Shown: positions 1 through 13,968 of the stretch, one piece after another | Position numbering within the stretch: the stretch's first letter is position 1 | Layout of the letters: each line of letters opens with the position of its first letter | DNA from: Octopus vulgaris | Lineage: Eukaryota | Direction: 5' to 3' | DNA length: 64,000 nt | NCBI GenBank assembly: GCA_951406725.2 | Contig: OX597822.1 | Span: 24,242,001-24,306,000 of the forward strand | Translations under genes and position numbers: made by a program | Notes under the pieces: model-generated | The model's database searches: none | What the model was told of the DNA's origin: nothing | The model's input: only the letters and a program-made list of their open reading frames with translations

Positions 1-254
1 CACACAGCCATTCCTGTGCCTATAAATAAATAAAGTAATAGTCCTTTCTACTATAGGCACATGACCTGAAAATTGAGGGAGAAGGGGCTAATTGGTTACA
101 TCAACTCCAGTGTTCAGCTGGTGCTTATTTCATCAACCCCAAAATGATGAAAAGCAAAGTCAACCTCGGCAGCATTTGAACTAAGACCGTAAAGACAGAT
201 GAAATGCCACTAAGTATTTTGGCCAGAATGCTAATGATTGTGCTAGCTCACTAC

Positions 255-690
255 CTTGCCAACCTCGCCTGGCCGTTGCCAGCCTCACCGGCCATTGCCA
301 GCCTTGCCTGGCCCCTGTGCTGATGGCACGTAAAAAGCACCATCCGATCGTGGCCGTTTGCCAGCCGCGTCTAGCACCTGTGCCGGTGGCACGTAAAAAG
401 CACCATCCGATCGTGGCCGTTTGCCAGCTGCGTCTAGCACCTGTGCTGATGGCACGTAAAAAGCACCATCCGATCGTGGCCGTTTGCCAGCCGCGTCTAG
501 CACCTGTGCCGGTGGCACGTAAAAAGCACCCACTACACTCACGGAGTGGTTGGCGTTAGGAAGGGCATCCAGCTGTAGAAACATAGCCAGATCAGACTGG
601 GCCTGGTGCAGCCTTCTGGCTTCCCAGACCCCAGTTGAACCGTCCAACCCATGCTAGCATGGAAAGCGGACGCTAAACAATGATGATAAT
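255..690 (+). mobile_element. RTE LINE 3' UTR fragment with ~61-bp tandem units (other copies: 1392-1625+, 3810-4146+, 4822-5325-, 6753-7395-, 9361-9610+, 12340-12846+, 12851-13105-, 13970-14218+)
   Basis: Same tail as 31400-32157 (TTAGGAAGGGCATCCAGC...CCATGCTAGCATGGAAAGCGGACG..(GAT)n). Units GTGCCGGTGGCACGTAAAAAGCACC vary in copy number. Confidence 0.8.
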
Positions 691-3600
691 TCCTTATGAC
701 TCAAAAAGGTTGGAAATTTCCAAAATGTGTTTTGTCTTTTATGGTCATTTCAGATTTATAGCAATACTCAGTATTCATATCAGCATTCACTCAATAATTG
801 AGCCAATTCCAGCCAGTGAAACCACAGATTCACAAACAACAGCTAGACACACTCCGTAATCATGGACATCTGATGAAAAGATCATCACCTAATCATGATT
901 CCATCAGCTGATATCATATATGTGAAGTCTAGATATAGATTCAAGGTCTGACTTAATTGTACAAATCCATGTTCTCAGCTGCCTACCACATGATTGGCAC
1001 TCCAAGTAGTATAACCACTACAAGACAACAACAAATCATATCATTCTGGAAAATAGGATGGACACGTTGACTTATACAATCCTACACAGTAACAGGCACA
1101 AGTGTGGCTATGTGATAAGAAGCTTGCTTCTCAACCAAATGGTTCTGAGTTCAGTCTTACTACGTGATACCTTGGGCATGAGTCTTCTATTATAGCTTCG
1201 GGCTAACCAAGGCCTTCTGAGTGGATTTGGTAGATGGAAACTGAAAGAAGCCCATTGTGTATGTGTATATACATATATTTTTTTCTCTCTTTGTCTCTCT
1301 CCTTGTTTTTTCTGTGTCCCTTTCATTTGTTTTGTACACTACCTCTCTTCATCTTTTGTTTTTTTCATAAACTCTCCTTATATATATATATCCGTGCCGG
1401 TGGCATGTAAAAAGCACCATCCGATTGTGGCCGTTTGCCAGCCTCGTCTGGCACGTAAAAGCACCCACTACACTCACGGAGTGGTTGGCGTTAGGAAGGG
1501 CATCCAGCTGTAGAAACACTGCCAGATCAGACTGGGCTTGGTGCAGCCTTCTGGCTTCCCAGACCCCAGTTGAACCGTCCAACCCATGCCAGCATGGAAA
1601 GCGGACGTTACATGATGATGATGATATATATATATATATATATATGTATGTCTTTGTGTCTGTGTTTGTCACACCATCACCGCTTGACAACTTGTGTTGG
1701 TGTGTTTGCATCCCCATAACTTAACAGTTCAGCAACAGAATCCGATAGAATAAGCACTAGGCTGAAAAGAAAAATTAAGTCCTGGAGTCAATTTCTTCGA
1801 CTAAAAAAACCCTTGAAGGCAGTGCTCCAGCATGGTTGCAGTCAAATGACTGAAACAAGTAAAAGAGACAAAATCAATGAGATGGTCACAGCTGGAATAC
1901 CTTTGATCTTAAGTATGCTCAACTGCAACTGTGCTGGCACTAAACAATGACAAAATCATTATTATAACTCAGTTCTGTTTATTGTGTAACTGTGATTGAA
2001 CTGAATAATGATTATAAATTCCCCAGCTGTGACCATTCCATATGTTTTGTATATCAGGGACTATATTGTTCAATGTAACTTTTTATTTTTAAAGAAATAT
2101 GATTTGAGAGTCATTTGGCTGCTATATCTAATAACCCCACCACCACTGTCACATGTTAAGAAAAAAAGCACAATTTGTTAAATAATATTTGTTTCTTTAT
2201 TACCCACAAGGGGCTAAACATAGAGGGGACAAACAAGAACAGGCAAACAGATTAAGTTGATTATATCGACCCCAGTGTGGAACTGGTATTTAATTTATCG
2301 ACCCCGAAAAGATGAAAGGCAAAGTTGACCTCAGCGGAATTTGAACTCAGAATGTAACGGTAGACGAAATACGGCTACATATTTCGTCCGGCGTGCTAAC
2401 GTTTCTGCCAGCTCGCCGCCTTTGTTAAATAATATTAACAACCTTATATGAATTCTTCATTAACATCCTTAAAGAAAATAAATTTAGCAAATACAGTGCA
2501 AATAATAATAATAATCCTTTCTGCTATAGGCACAAGGTCTGAAATTTGGAGAAGGGGACAATCAATTACATCAACCCCAGTTCATAACTGGTACTTAATT
2601 TATTGACTCCTGAAAGCACGAAAGGCAAAGTCAACCTCGGTGGAATTTGAACTCAGAATGTTGCAGCAGACAAAATACTGCTAAGCATTTCGCCTGGTGT
2701 GCTAACGATTCTGCCAGCTTGCTGCCTCGATAATAATAAATATAATAATAACTACAAGTACCCATGGAAATTCTATAGTTATTTTGAAAATCATAAGATG
2801 AAGTTCTACGATTTTCTAAAGAATTTGAGTGAGTAGTCCTGTTGTGTTCCCTTCGTTAAACACACACTCTCTTTGCCTCTCCTTTCAACTAAATTACACA
2901 CCCCTATGTTAAACATGTTCTTTTTCTCTCTCTCTCTTTCTATCTACCTCTTTCCCCAACTAACTAATCACATAATAGCAATCCCTTTCTCCTAGCCCTC
3001 ACTACTAACACACTTCTCCTTCTCTCCCATATGACACATTTGGCTGTTTTACTCTTTTACTTGTTTCAGTCATTTGACTGTGGCCATGCTGGAGCAGTGC
3101 CTTTAGTCAAGCAAACTGATCCCAGGACTTATTCTTTGTAAGCCTAGTACTTATTCTATTGGTCTCTTTTGCCGAACTGCTAAGTTACGAGGACGTAAAC
3201 ACACCAGCATCGGTTGTCAAGCGACTTTGGGGAGACAAACACACACACATATATATATATATACATATATACAACGGGCTTCTTTCCATTTCCGTCTACC
3301 AAATCCACTCACAAGGCTTTGGTAGGCCCGAGGCTATAGTAGAAGACACTTGCCCAAGGTGCCACGCAATGGGACTGAACCCGGAACCATGTGGTTGGTA
3401 AGCAAGCTACTTACCACACAGCCACTCCTGCAATTCATGTAAAAAAGTGAAAGTAAATTGTTCTAAAAACAGTAAGTAAATAGCCACAGCAACCGAAAGT
3501 GACGACAGTTACCCACATTCATATCAGTCAAATGGTTTTTCCACCGAAAAGGAATTAGCTCGAATAGTCTGGGTGAATCTGCAGGAACAATGCCACCACT

Positions 3601-4598
3601 TCCCGTCAACCGGGCGACGTGTTATGTTCTTGAGCAAAACACTTCATTTCATGTTGCTCCAGTCCACTCAGCTGGCAAAAATATGTAACACTGCAATGGG
3701 ACTGGCGTCCCGTTCAGCTGGGGAACATATACGCCATTGAAACTGGGAAACCGGGCCCATGAGCTTGGCTAGACTTTAAAAGGGCGCATTTATTATTTTT
3801 TTTATTATACTGCCGTTGCCAGAGTTGCCTGGCCCCCGTGCCAGTGGCACGTAAAAAGCACCATCCGTCCGTGGCCTTTTGCCAGCCTCGCCTGGCCCCT
3901 GTGCCGGTGGCACATAAAAAGCACCATCCGTCCATGGCCGTTTGCCAGCTCCGTCTGGCACCTGTGCGGGTGGCATGTAAAAAGCACCCACTACACTCAC
4001 GGAGTGGTTGGCGTTAGGAAGGGCATCCAGCCGTAGAAACACTGCCAGATCAGACTGGGCCTGATGCAGCCTTCTGGCTTCACAGACCCCAGTTGAACTG
4101 TCCAACCCATGCTAGCATGGAAAGCAGACACTAAATGATGATGATGTCACAACATTGTATTTACATACACAGAATCAAACATTACACACCTCGCTCCAAA
4201 CCATTTTAAAATACCTTTCAATGGGAAACATGCTAAATTTGATTTTTGTCTGCAAAATATACTTGTAAAATAGGAATGCATCTTGTGTAAGAGTAGATTG
4301 CATCTTATATACTGGCAAGCATGGTAGGTACAGCTGGTAGAAACCAGGCAAAAGACCCAGACACTGGGGCACAATGCAGTCCTTCGAATCATTATATCCT
4401 TGTCACACCATCCAACAAAGGACAGAGATGTTGAATGATGACTATAATGGTGTGTGTGTGTGTAGCATTTAAAATGTATTGATCTTTAACAATCGGTGGT
4501 TGTTTCAAATTCAACTATGAAACATCCACAAGGTCAGGCAGTACATTACTACACATTATTACAAATTATATATTAAAAAAAATATTGTAGTAACTTAC

Positions 4599-4689
4599 CT
4601 GATTGTTTGGAGAAGAGTGTTAGTAATACAATGGACACTCTATAAAATACCTTGTATCCTTCCAGCAGGTAGCAATCAATTACTTTCAC
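4599..4689 (-). CDS. TBC1D24: TBC1D24-like coding exon 4 (absent from the ORF track)
   Basis: Acceptor TTTAATTTCAG; VKVIDCYLLEGYKVFYRVSIVLLTLFSKQS (cf. human RVFDVFLVEGYKVLYRVAL); donor CAG|GTAAGT; 91 nt. I found no later exons in 1-4598, so the TLDc part probably lies beyond the window's left edge. Confidence 0.92.
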
Positions 4690-5635
4690 CTGAAATTAAA
4701 CAGGAATGAATAAAGAAAATAAAACACAACACATCAGTGAATAAGGGAGGCTCTACATTGGGGCTGGTCAACTCGAGGCTTTTATCTTGTAGCCTGCTTG
4801 ATACTTTCTTGAAATGGATTTCATCATCATTATCATCATCGTTTAGCATCCGTTCTCCATGCTAGCATGGGTTGGACGGTTCAACTGGGGTCTGGGAAGC
4901 CAGAAGGCTGCACCAGGCCCAGTCTGATCTGGCAATGTTTCTACGGCTGGATGCCCTTCCTAACGCCAACCACTTCATGAGTGTAGTGGGTGCTTTTTAC
5001 CTGATAGACGAGGCTGGCAAACGGCCACGATTGGATGGTGCTTTTTACGTGCCACCGGCACAGATGCCAGTCGGGGCGGCGCTGGCAACGGCCACGTTCG
5101 GATGGTTCTCTTACGTGCCACCAGCACTGGTATCACAGCTACAATTTCCATTGATGTTGATCGATTTTGATTTTCATTTTCATTTTCATTTGCCTCAACA
5201 GGTCTTCGCAAGAAGAGTTTTGTGTCCCAAGAAGGAAAGCTATGCATAAATGGACTAGCTACATCCCAGGTAGAGGCCACAGGTTATGGTCTCACTTGTC
5301 CTGCCAGGTCTTCTCATGCACAGCATAAACAAATCCATTTGTTTAAATGAAAGAAGCCCATCATATATACGTGTGTGTGTTTGTCTCCCACAACCACTTA
5401 ACAACCAGTGTTGGTTTGTTTATCAGCATAACTCAGCAAAAAGTGTCCAATAGGATAAATACCATGCTTAAAATTAAAAAATAAAGACTGGGGTCAATTT
5501 GTTAGACTGAACCCTTCCTAGGTGGTGCCCCAGCATGGCCACAATCCAATGACAAAACAAGTAAGAGATAAAAGATAATAAATGTAAACAGGAAATTTTC
5601 AAAGAACTACCAAAAGGGAAAAAAATGCTACAAAC

Positions 5636-5737
5636 CAGAAAATGGAATGGTAAGTCTCTGAAAATCCACCAAAGCCAGTCATGAAATACAGTTTCTGTAG
5701 ATTTACTGTGCCGCTGGATATAACTATGAGCAGATCT
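5636..5737 (-). CDS. TBC1D24: TBC1D24-like coding exon 3
   Basis: Acceptor ATTTTCAG; 102 nt, phase 0/0; RSAHSYIQRHSKSTETVFHDWLWWIFRDLPFHFL (cf. human DWQRWLFGELP); donor GTTTGT. Confidence 0.9.
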
Positions 5738-7397
5738 CTGAAAATATAAAAAGAAAATTAATAGGAAAGGCTTTAGATCATCCTTTGTTTTTTTTTGTTT
5801 TTTAATTAAAAAAATAACCAGATATATTAATTTACAAGAATTATTTATGTATTTATTTAATTTGCAATTACACTGTGGAAAATCCATTTTAAATATCTGA
5901 AAATACTGAAAAATTTATATTCACTTTCTGCTTTTTGGTTTTAACTTACTGGATCTAGAGAAAGGAGCAGTGCTATAGTCTTCACAGGTTCTCCTAGACC
6001 AGTGAGACTGATGCCATTAATGTTTCTCCAAGGTGCCAAGTTAACCCAAGCAATAGATTAAAGCTTCTATCCAAAGAAGCCATAGCAGGATTTTAACTCA
6101 GAAGACAAAGTGCCAGAACAAATAGTGCAAGGCATTAGATCCAATATTCTGCTTCAAATTGACCCAAGAAGAATTACAGACAAAGTTGACCGTGACCAAA
6201 TTTGAACTTACAGTGCAGAGAGTTAAAACAAATACCATGAAGCATTCTCTCCAATGCTATAATGACTGCCAACTCACCACTTTAAATATGCAGGACAGTG
6301 ATAATGAAGAGCTTATGAGGGTTTTTCAGTCTTGCTGTTGGCAAGACGACCTCTATAATGCTGGTGCCATGAAAATATGCATTCAGTACACTTTGTAGGG
6401 TTGTTTGTATTACGAAGGGCATCTAGATCTAGCCACAGAAATGATACAGAGTGGGATAGAGTCTCCTCATGTGCTAAATTCTGTTGAATCATCCTACTCC
6501 AGCCAGAATGAGAAATGAATGCAAAATAATGATACTGGTGATATTTATATATATATGAAGAAAAATGGATTTAAAAATCCAGGCAGATATCAATGAATCA
6601 CTCAGTTTTAAATGAATTTGGTTAAATAAATCAAACAATCAGACACCAATAAATGCAAGTAGAAATGATCATTTGTATTGTATAGTGGAATCATCAATTA
6701 AAGATGTGATTTTCTCCAGTCATATTTTCATTTTATATATATATCTATATATCATCACCATCATCATCATCGTTTAACATCCGCTTTCCATGCTAGCATG
6801 GGTTGGACGATTTGACTGAGGTCTGGCGAACCAGATGGCTGCACCAGACTCCAATCTGATCAAGTAGAGTTTCTACAGCTGGAACCCCTTCCTAACGCCA
6901 ACCACTCTGAGAGTGTAGTGGGTGCTTTTACATGCCACCGGCACGAGGCCCAGTCATGCGGTACAGGCAACGGTCACACTCAAATGGTGCTTTTTATGTA
7001 CCACCTGCACAGGAGCTAGTCCATCGGCACTGGCAACAACCTCGCTCAAATGTTTTTTCATGTGCCACCAGCACAAGTGCCAGTAAGGCGACGCAGGTAA
7101 CGATCACGCTCAAATGGTGTTTTTTACATGCCACTGGCACGGAGTCCAGCTTGTTGCTCTGGCAACAATCATGCTCGTATGGTGCTCTTAGCGCTCCACT
7201 AGCACGGATGCCAGTCATCGAATTTGATTTCGATTTCACTTGCCTGAACAGGTCTTCACAACCAGAGTTTAGTGTCCAATGAAGGAAAGGTACACATTAC
7301 ACCGCTGGCATAGGCCACAAGGTTATGGTTTCACTTGAGCTTGCCGAGTCTTCTCAAGCACAGCATATTTCCAAAGGTCCCGGTCACTAGTCAGGTC

Positions 7398-7442
<45 letters not shown>

Positions 7443-7596
7443 TTTATTTTAAAAGCTGCAAAATATTCACAGAACTGTTACCCAGTTTTATGTTCCCATT
7501 TGTTGGACAGTTTTGATGAATATGCTTTTATAATAAAGCATATTACTCTACCCTTGGTATTTGAGTACTATGTTTTTTCACATTGTTTTGCACTTA

Positions 7597-7641
<45 letters not shown>

Positions 7642-8505
7642 TGCTTCAACTGCCTGAGGAAAGTGGATAATTAAGCAACTACTTATAGCATAAGCACTTG
7701 AAATGTGCATATCATTAAATGCACTTGAAAAACCAATAATTGGCTTCTATCATTATTCAAATATTATAGAGCTCACATTTCTGACATTCTAGCTTACCTT
7801 TGCATGGATAATATATTTACAATGCAATACAGGTAAGGAGTGGAATGATGATCATCTAAACAATAATAACTTGTACAGTATTTCATTAAAGCAACCTACT
7901 AAATACACGTATACACATCATCATTGTTTTAACATTCACTTTTCTATGCTTGCATGGGTTGGATGAAGCTTATTGAGGCAAATTTTCTATTTCCTGTCAT
8001 TAACCTTAGGTGAAAGAATATTTTCCCAAACATGTTTTCTCAGAATATTGAAAATGAATGACACGGTTTGTATGACTGACATTAATTTAAATAATGTCAA
8101 GATGAGGTGCAGGTATGGTTGTGTGGTAAGAAGGTGGCAAGCTGGTAGAAATGTTAGCACACTGGGCGAAATGCTTAGCGATATTTCGCCTACCGCTATG
8201 TTCTGAGTTCATATTTCGCCAAGGTCAACTTTGCCTTTCATCCTTTTGGGATCAATAAATTAAGTACCAGTTACTCACTGGGGTCGATGTAATCGACTTA
8301 ATCCCTTTGTTTGTCCTTGTTTGTCCCTTCTATGTTTAGCCCCTTGTGGGCAATAAAGAAATATGAAGCTTGCTTTCCAACCACATGGTTCTGGGTTCAG
8401 TCCCGCTGCATGGCATCTTGGGTAAGCATTGTATTCTACTATAACCTTGCGGCAACCAAAGCTTTGTGAGTGGATTTGGTAAATGGAGACTGAAAGAAGC
8501 CCGTC

Positions 8506-8541
<36 letters not shown>

Positions 8542-8735
8542 TCATGTGTGTGGGTCTTTGTGTCTGTGTTTGTTCCCCCACCATCACTTAACAACTGATA
8601 GAATAAGTACTAGGCTTACAAAGAATAAGTCCTGCAGTCAACTTCTGTGACTAAAGACCCTTTAAGACAGTGCTCCAGTATGGCTGCAGTCAAATGACTG
8701 AAACAAGTAAAAGAATAACAAGCAGACAAAATCTC

Positions 8736-8776
<41 letters not shown>

Positions 8777-9839
8777 TTCATTCATTCATTTACAAAACAC
8801 ACAATGGGATTCTTTCAGTTTCCATCAACCAAATCCACTCATGAAGCTTTGGTTGACCTGGGGCTATAGTAGAAGGTACTTGGCCTCCACAGTGAGACTG
8901 AACCTCGATTTATGTGGTTAGGAAGCAATCGTCTTAACCACACAGCCACACTTGCACTAATGTTGTATATATATTTATACACACACACGTATATACATAT
9001 GCCTAATGCATAGTTGAATAATATTTGGCTAGAAACCTTGTGGTAGGTTATACAAAGCTTGTCCATAGTTGATGGCTACCAAATGTCATCATACAGTGGG
9101 AATACTCCTGGATATGCATCTTGAATTCCATAATATCCATTAAGTTTGTACAAAGAGAAGAATATACTTAATACATATATATAGGTGTAGGAGTGGCTGT
9201 GTGGTAAGTAGCTTGCTTACCAACCACATGGTTCCAGGTTCAGTCCTACTGCATGGCACCTTAGCCAAGTGTCTTCTACTATAGCCTCGGGCCAACCAAA
9301 GCCTTGTGAGTGGATTTGGTAGATGGAAACTGAAAGAAGCCCATCGTATATATGTATATGTCGGTGGCACATAAGAAAACACCATCCGAGCGTAGCCGTC
9401 TGCCAGCCTCGTCTGGCACCTGTGTCGGTGGCACATAAAATCACCCACTACACTCTTGGAGTGGTTGGCGTTAGGAAGGGCATCCAGCTGTAGAAACACT
9501 GCCAGTTCTGACTGGCCTGGTGCAGCCTTCGGGCTTGCCAGACCCAGTTGAACCGTCCAACCCATGCTAGCATGGAAAGCGGACGTTAAACGATGATGAT
9601 GATGATGATGATATGTATGTGTGTGTATATGTTTGTATGTCTGTGTTTGTCCCCACAACATTGCTTGACAATCGATACTGGTGTGTTTATGTCCCTGTAA
9701 CTTAGCAGTTTGGCAAAAAAAACTGATAGAATAAGTACTAGGCTTACAAAGAATAAGTCCTGGGGTCGATTTGCTCGACTAAAGGCGGTGCTCCAGCATG
9801 GCCACAGTCAAATGACTGAAACAAGTAAAAGATTAAAGA

Positions 9840-9886
<47 letters not shown>

Positions 9887-10498
9887 ATAAATAATGGTCA
9901 TTACATATTTTTCCTGTGTTAGAGTAACTTTGGCTTACAGCTGTTTCCAGTAGTCATTATAGGTACATTACTGATAGGTTTACTCAATTGGTCTATTGAT
10001 CAGTGAGAAAAATTGAATGACCTAAAAAAAAAAATTAATGCTACTTTCATCAGAGCCATTTCTGATATGAATACACACACACGCCTATATATATATCACG
10101 TCACGTGACCAACCAGGCTATCAGATGTTGCTACACATTGCTGGAAACAATACGCTTTGCATTGTTTTAGCCTTCAATGACGCTACCCCGTCAGCTAAGC
10201 GAGCAGGCCAACAGAAGAAAGAGTGAGAGAAAGTTGGGGTGAAAGAGTACAGCAGGGATCACCACCACCCCCTTGCCGGAGTCTCGTAGAGATTTAGGTG
10301 TTTTCGTTCAATAAACACTCAGAGTGCCCGGTCTGGGAATCGAAACCGCGATCCTATGACCGCAAGTCCACTGCCCTAACCACTGGGCCATTGTGCCTCC
10401 ACCTATATATATATATATGCTTAATTTTCTGGTACACTTTGATTTGGCAACAGAACATAGTGTTTTCAAAACTAATAGATTATTGACAAAATACTTAC

Positions 10499-10809
10499 TG
10501 CATATTTCTTTGAAAGGTCACGCATGACCAGTTTGATTGCGTTATGGGATGATTTATTCATGGGTAAGTAAAACTGGGCCTTGCTGCGGAACAAATTGTA
10601 AACGGTATTAAAACAATCCGATGGTTCCATGTAATGAAGAAGAACACTGACCAAACATTGGAGCACTGGACAGTAGGAAATATCAGGATTCGTATGGGAA
10701 ATGATTCCCAAAATCTTTTCAACTTCTTCCAAGCCTAAGTTGTTTAAGAAATATGGTGTGGAAATTTTGTGGTCTCCTAAGACTGATACAGGAACATGGT
10801 TTTTGGTCT
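10499..10809 (-). CDS. TBC1D24: TBC1D24-like coding exon 2 (TBC domain core)
   Basis: Polypyrimidine acceptor TTTCTCTTTCCAG. It joins exon 1 in frame, giving ETKNHVPVSVLGDHKISTPYFLNNLGLEEVEKILGIISHTNPDISYCPVLQCLVSVLLHYM...DLSKKYA, then donor GTAAGT. 311 nt. The PDISYCP..LLHYM motif is typical of TBC1D24. Confidence 0.92.
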
Positions 10810-12297
10810 CTGGAAAGAGAAAAAAGGATCTGTATTTGTATTCAATATTTTGTTTCTTTTACACACAATAATGTTTTGGTTTTCAGTCCATTTTTTGATG
10901 CTGGCATGAGTTAGATGAAAAAGTATGTATGTGTGTGTATACACACACACAAGCACATGGGTACAAAACGTTAAAAAAAAAATGTTCTCAAATAGCAATG
11001 GTTGAGTAAAATAGTATTTTGTTAAAGATAAAAAGATTTTACTAACTGTTACCCAGAGTTTTATTTAAGCAACCATCAGACAGTTGCAAGTATTTAGAAT
11101 AATGCAATAGCTTATATGTAGGCGTAGGAGTGGGTGTGTGGTAAGTAGCTTGCTTACCAGCCACATGGTTCCAGTGTCTTCTATAGCTTCGGGCCGATCA
11201 AAGCCTTGTGAGTGGATTTGGTAGATGGAAACAGAAAGAAGCCCATTGTATATATGTATATATATGTATGTGTGTGTGTCCCCCAACATCACTTGACAAC
11301 TGATGCTGGTGTGTTTACGTCCCTGTAACTTAGTGGTTTGGCAAAAGAGACTGATAGAATAAGTACTAGGCTTACAAAGATTAAGTCCTAGGGCTGATTT
11401 GCTCGACTAAAGGTGGTGCTCCAGCATGGCCACAGTCAAATACTGAAACAAGTAAAAGGGTATTTATAAGTATTCATAATTATCAACTCATGATGATCAG
11501 TTTTGTGAAATTCTTTTCACCTTTAATAAAACACTAATATATATATATATATATATGTAGTTTTATTAATATTTAACAGAAGGTCTGACAGTTTCATGCG
11601 TTTGATGTGTCAACGCACAAAACTCAGATCTTGAGCCACTCTGTTACTTTTGCAAAATATTGATAAAAATATACAGATACTCATAGTTTGAGTTCCATTT
11701 TTCCTGTTTATATCAACATATCTATCTATCTTCCTATTTGTGCATGTATGTATATATATATACACATATATATGTATATATATATATATATGTATGTATA
11801 TATATATATATATATATGGTTAATCCAAACATGAAAACACAACAACGCGAGGACGTGGAAGATGTTTAGTGTTATTGGATGCTCAGGAAAAGAAAGAAAG
11901 AAGGAGGATTTAATGTTTCAAGCGGAGCTCTTCATCAGAAACAGAAAAAGGAAAGATCCAAGGAAGGGAAGATGGAGGAAAAAAAAATCGCCAACTGTTT
12001 TTGGATTTGGTTTGAAAGATTTTTTATGTGAGTTCATGTGTTGAAGCATATTCTGTTGTGTCTGGGGAGAGTCATTCTCTTTTAGTGCCTTATAATTTAA
12101 CACACTGGTAAAATTACCACTTGTTTACTTATTTATTTTTAACTGTTTATCTGTTTACAGGAGTACATCCTTATACATGAAACATCCCCAGTACTAAATA
12201 GGAAATATACGTAGTAATCATACTCCCATACCTACAGTTTATATTTATATGCAGGTAGAATAGTCAGTGGGCTGTTATGCAGATGTATGTATGTGTT

Positions 12298-12341
<44 letters not shown>

Positions 12342-13648
12342 TACCTTCCTTCTTGTGACACTTGTGAAGACCTGTTGAGGCAAGTGAGAATCGAATCGTA
12401 TCGAATCAAATCGAACCAAATCAAAATAGATGAACATCAATGGAATTTGTATCCTTGTGGTACCAGTGCCGGTGGCACATAAGAAAACCATCCGAACGTG
12501 ACCGTAGCCAGTACCGCAATGACTGGCCTCCGTGCTGAGGGCACGTAACAAACACCATCCGAGCGTGGCCGTCCGCCAGCCTCGTCTGGCACCTGTGTCG
12601 GTGACACATAAGAAAACACCATCCGAGCGTGGCCGTCTGCCAGCCTCGTCTGGCACCTGTGTCGGTGGCACATAAAATCACCCACTACACTCTCGGAGTG
12701 GTTGGCGTTAGGAAGGGCATCCAGCTGTAGAAACACTGCCACATCTGACTGGCCTGGTGCAGCCTTCGGGCTTCCCAGACCCCAGTTGAACCGTCCAACC
12801 CATGCTAGCATGGAAAGCGGATGTTAAACGATGATGATGATGATGATTATCATCATCATCATCATTTAGCGTCCGCTTTCCATGCTAGCATGAGTTGGAC
12901 AGTTCAACTGGGGTCTGTGAAGCCAGAAGGCTGCATCAGGCCCAGTCTGATCTGGCAGTGTTTCTACGGCTGGATGCCCTTCCTAACGCCAACCACTCCG
13001 TGAGTGTAGTGGGTGCTTTTTACGTGCCACCCGCACAGGTGCCAGACGGAGCTGGCAAACGGCCATGGACGGATGGTGCTTTTTACGTGCCACCGGCATT
13101 GGGGCCATATATATATATATATATATGCATATGTATGTAGGCAAATGGATTTGAAAGTAAACAGATAGACATACTGATGGATCAGTACATAAGTAATATG
13201 AATAGACAAGCACACATACACACATGCAAATGAAGACTAAAACACATAACCTTATACACACACACTTCACTTCACACAAGGACACATGGAGACACATGTC
13301 CACACATATGGAGATACACATCCATACATACAGATACAGTACATAGTCACAAAAACCCATATATACACACACAAGGAGACAGAGGTACACACACACACAC
13401 ATGCATACACACACTTGCATGCATAGATACATACATGTGTATGTGCACACACAATGACCCACACGCATGTGCACAAACAAACAAAAAGAACACAGCTTGA
13501 ATAATGGACAGAGTCAACAACTATTGGAGAAGTTGCAAGATGCAATGAAAAGTTTAGAAGAATAAATAAGTAAATGAGTGGAAATTTTACCAGTGAGTGT
13601 GTTAAATCATAAGGCACTAAAAGAGAATGACTCTTCCCAGACACAACA

Positions 13649-13691
<43 letters not shown>

Positions 13692-13929
13692 TAATAAAAG
13701 AGGGAGTGGTGTTTCCTCGCAGGAAAAAAATATATAGGAAAATGTGTTGCTGAAAATGCACTTAAATTTCAAAAACTCATAAATGTTTAAAATACATTTA
13801 TTTCCATATGTACCAAACTAGTTTCAACAATATTTTCTGTTTATCAATGGTAAAAGTGTAAAATTAGAAAAACATCATTATAAGTTTCAATGTTGATGAA
13901 TCAAAATTAAATTAAAATGTTTCAATGTT

Positions 13930-13968
<39 letters not shown>

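Noticed and set aside
255-560. Repeat-spacer appearance of the ~60-bp units (CRISPR-like)
   Set aside because: The linkers are near-identical rather than unique, the context is eukaryotic, there are no cas genes, and the array belongs to a LINE 3' UTR.
285-647. Recurrent ORF family MDGSTGVWEARRLHQAQSDL...
   Set aside because: Antisense translation of the RTE 3' UTR; frames and stops are not conserved between copies.
4175-4372. Possible next TBC1D24 exon (acceptor near 4249)
   Set aside because: The required phase-1 frame hits a stop within six codons and shows no TBC1D24 similarity.
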